Shown piece by piece: positions 63,040-64,000 of a DNA stretch of 64,000 nt (positions within the stretch are counted from its first letter, which is position 1; every line of letters starts with the position of its first letter). The position numbers and the translations under genes were made by a program. The stretch is from positions 1 through 64,000 of the forward strand of contig VJWM01000144.1 of the NCBI GenBank assembly GCA_010909165.1. Reading direction: 5' to 3'. This DNA comes from Anthoceros angustus. Taxonomy: Eukaryota > Plantae > Anthocerotophyta. The notes below the pieces were generated by a model. The model worked only from the letters and a program-made list of their open reading frames with translations, had not been told where the DNA came from and did not search any database.

Positions 63040-64000
63040 TGCACCATTATCAAGTATAAAGGAAAGAGCTTGAAGAGGCCTTCATATTGAGTTTATGGAT
63101 CCATATTATCGACTTTAGTATTTTTATCATATACATTGTGTTATAGTATTAGCTTGTATGATTGAGAAGTGTTAAAATAAATGAAAAAAAAAGACTTACC
63201 TTTGAATTCAACATTGTGAAGTTTAGTTCTATTGCTTTTCTAGTTCCCACCCTCTCGACTTGACAGGGCAAAAAAATAAGTTCTATTTAAAAATAATAAT
63301 TATTTTTATATAAAAATATTGTTATTTTAAGTATCTGAGGGAGTAAATATAAATGTGAGGATTATTTCTGGATAAAAAGTTTATATGTAGGTGTTCTCTA
63401 GTGATTAGTGATCTTAAGACCTTGTTTTTCAGATTACTTTGGCATGAGTGTTACCCTTGCGGCAAGCCCCAAAAGCGGTGGACTGTAGGTCCACGTAATG
63501 TTGGCGGCAAATTAGCATTACATTAGACGAGAATCTTTGATGAGTGGCCTAGACCAGGTTGGCTGATGTTGCGCGCACGCTGGTCAAGAAACAGAGCCTT
63601 TGGTTGGAGACGAGCAGCTCTTTGTGTGTCGTCACGATTGGTTATCGGGTCGGGGCCTGGAGCAGTATTTTCGAGTACTTTGCGCTGCTGGTGTCATCAG
63701 GCAAGAAAGAAGCGGTTGGGGCTGATTGGTGGTGCCCAGAATCGGCATTGGGCCGGCGCTCACTGAATTCTGGGCCTTTTGCTGAAAACTGGTCACCCAA
63801 GGTGTGAATTGGTTGAATTTGTTGGGCTTGTGGTTGTGCTTTCTTGCGTGTGGGAATGGGAGGCACAATTCAAGTCTGGAATGCACTGCCAGTGGGTGTG
63901 CTGACATACATGTTCATCAGGGCTTACTTGTCACTGCTGATTGCTGATTTGCAGGGAGAGAGATGAGGATCCGGCAGCGGCATTCGCTGTGGGGTGTCAC
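63040..64000 (-). repeat. Diverged direct-repeat paralog of 56890-58035 (offset ~5.97 kb), continuing beyond the window
   Basis: Shared blocks gtcatcaggcaagaaagaagcggttgg, attggttgaatttgttgggct, gtgtgctgacatacatgtt and gctgtggggtgtcac. Homologous micro-exon 63239-63200 (SNRTKLHNVEFK). Confidence 0.85.

Overview
Eukaryotic land-plant nuclear DNA. Short GT-AG/GC-AG introns, GC-rich codons and compact genes suggest a non-angiosperm such as a bryophyte, lycophyte or fern (inference only). The window has three zones. (1) 1-38.5 kb: a tandem array of a ~3.5-kb unit carrying an intronless F-box gene (kelch/FBA-like C-terminus), a 22-bp minisatellite and an internal ~205-bp duplication. A ~6-kb unique island interrupts it. 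No F-box copy is intact, and the array is heavily scrambled by jumps between short (5-14 nt) shared words. This is the most striking signal in the window: either a small-k consensus/assembly artefact (more likely) or real microhomology-mediated shuffling of an F-box locus. (2) 38.6-49.6 kb: five intact, recognisable genes: MBF1c, a MOT-family molybdate transporter, PYG7/Ycf37, a 6-phosphogluconate dehydrogenase ending in PTS1, and an SBT1-type subtilase. (3) 49.9-64 kb: TE-like and repeat-rich DNA with small tandem repeats, a 33-bp inverted repeat pair, a degraded LINE ORF1 and a duplicated unidentified spliced gene candidate. I found no support for rRNA, tRNA or CRISPR features.
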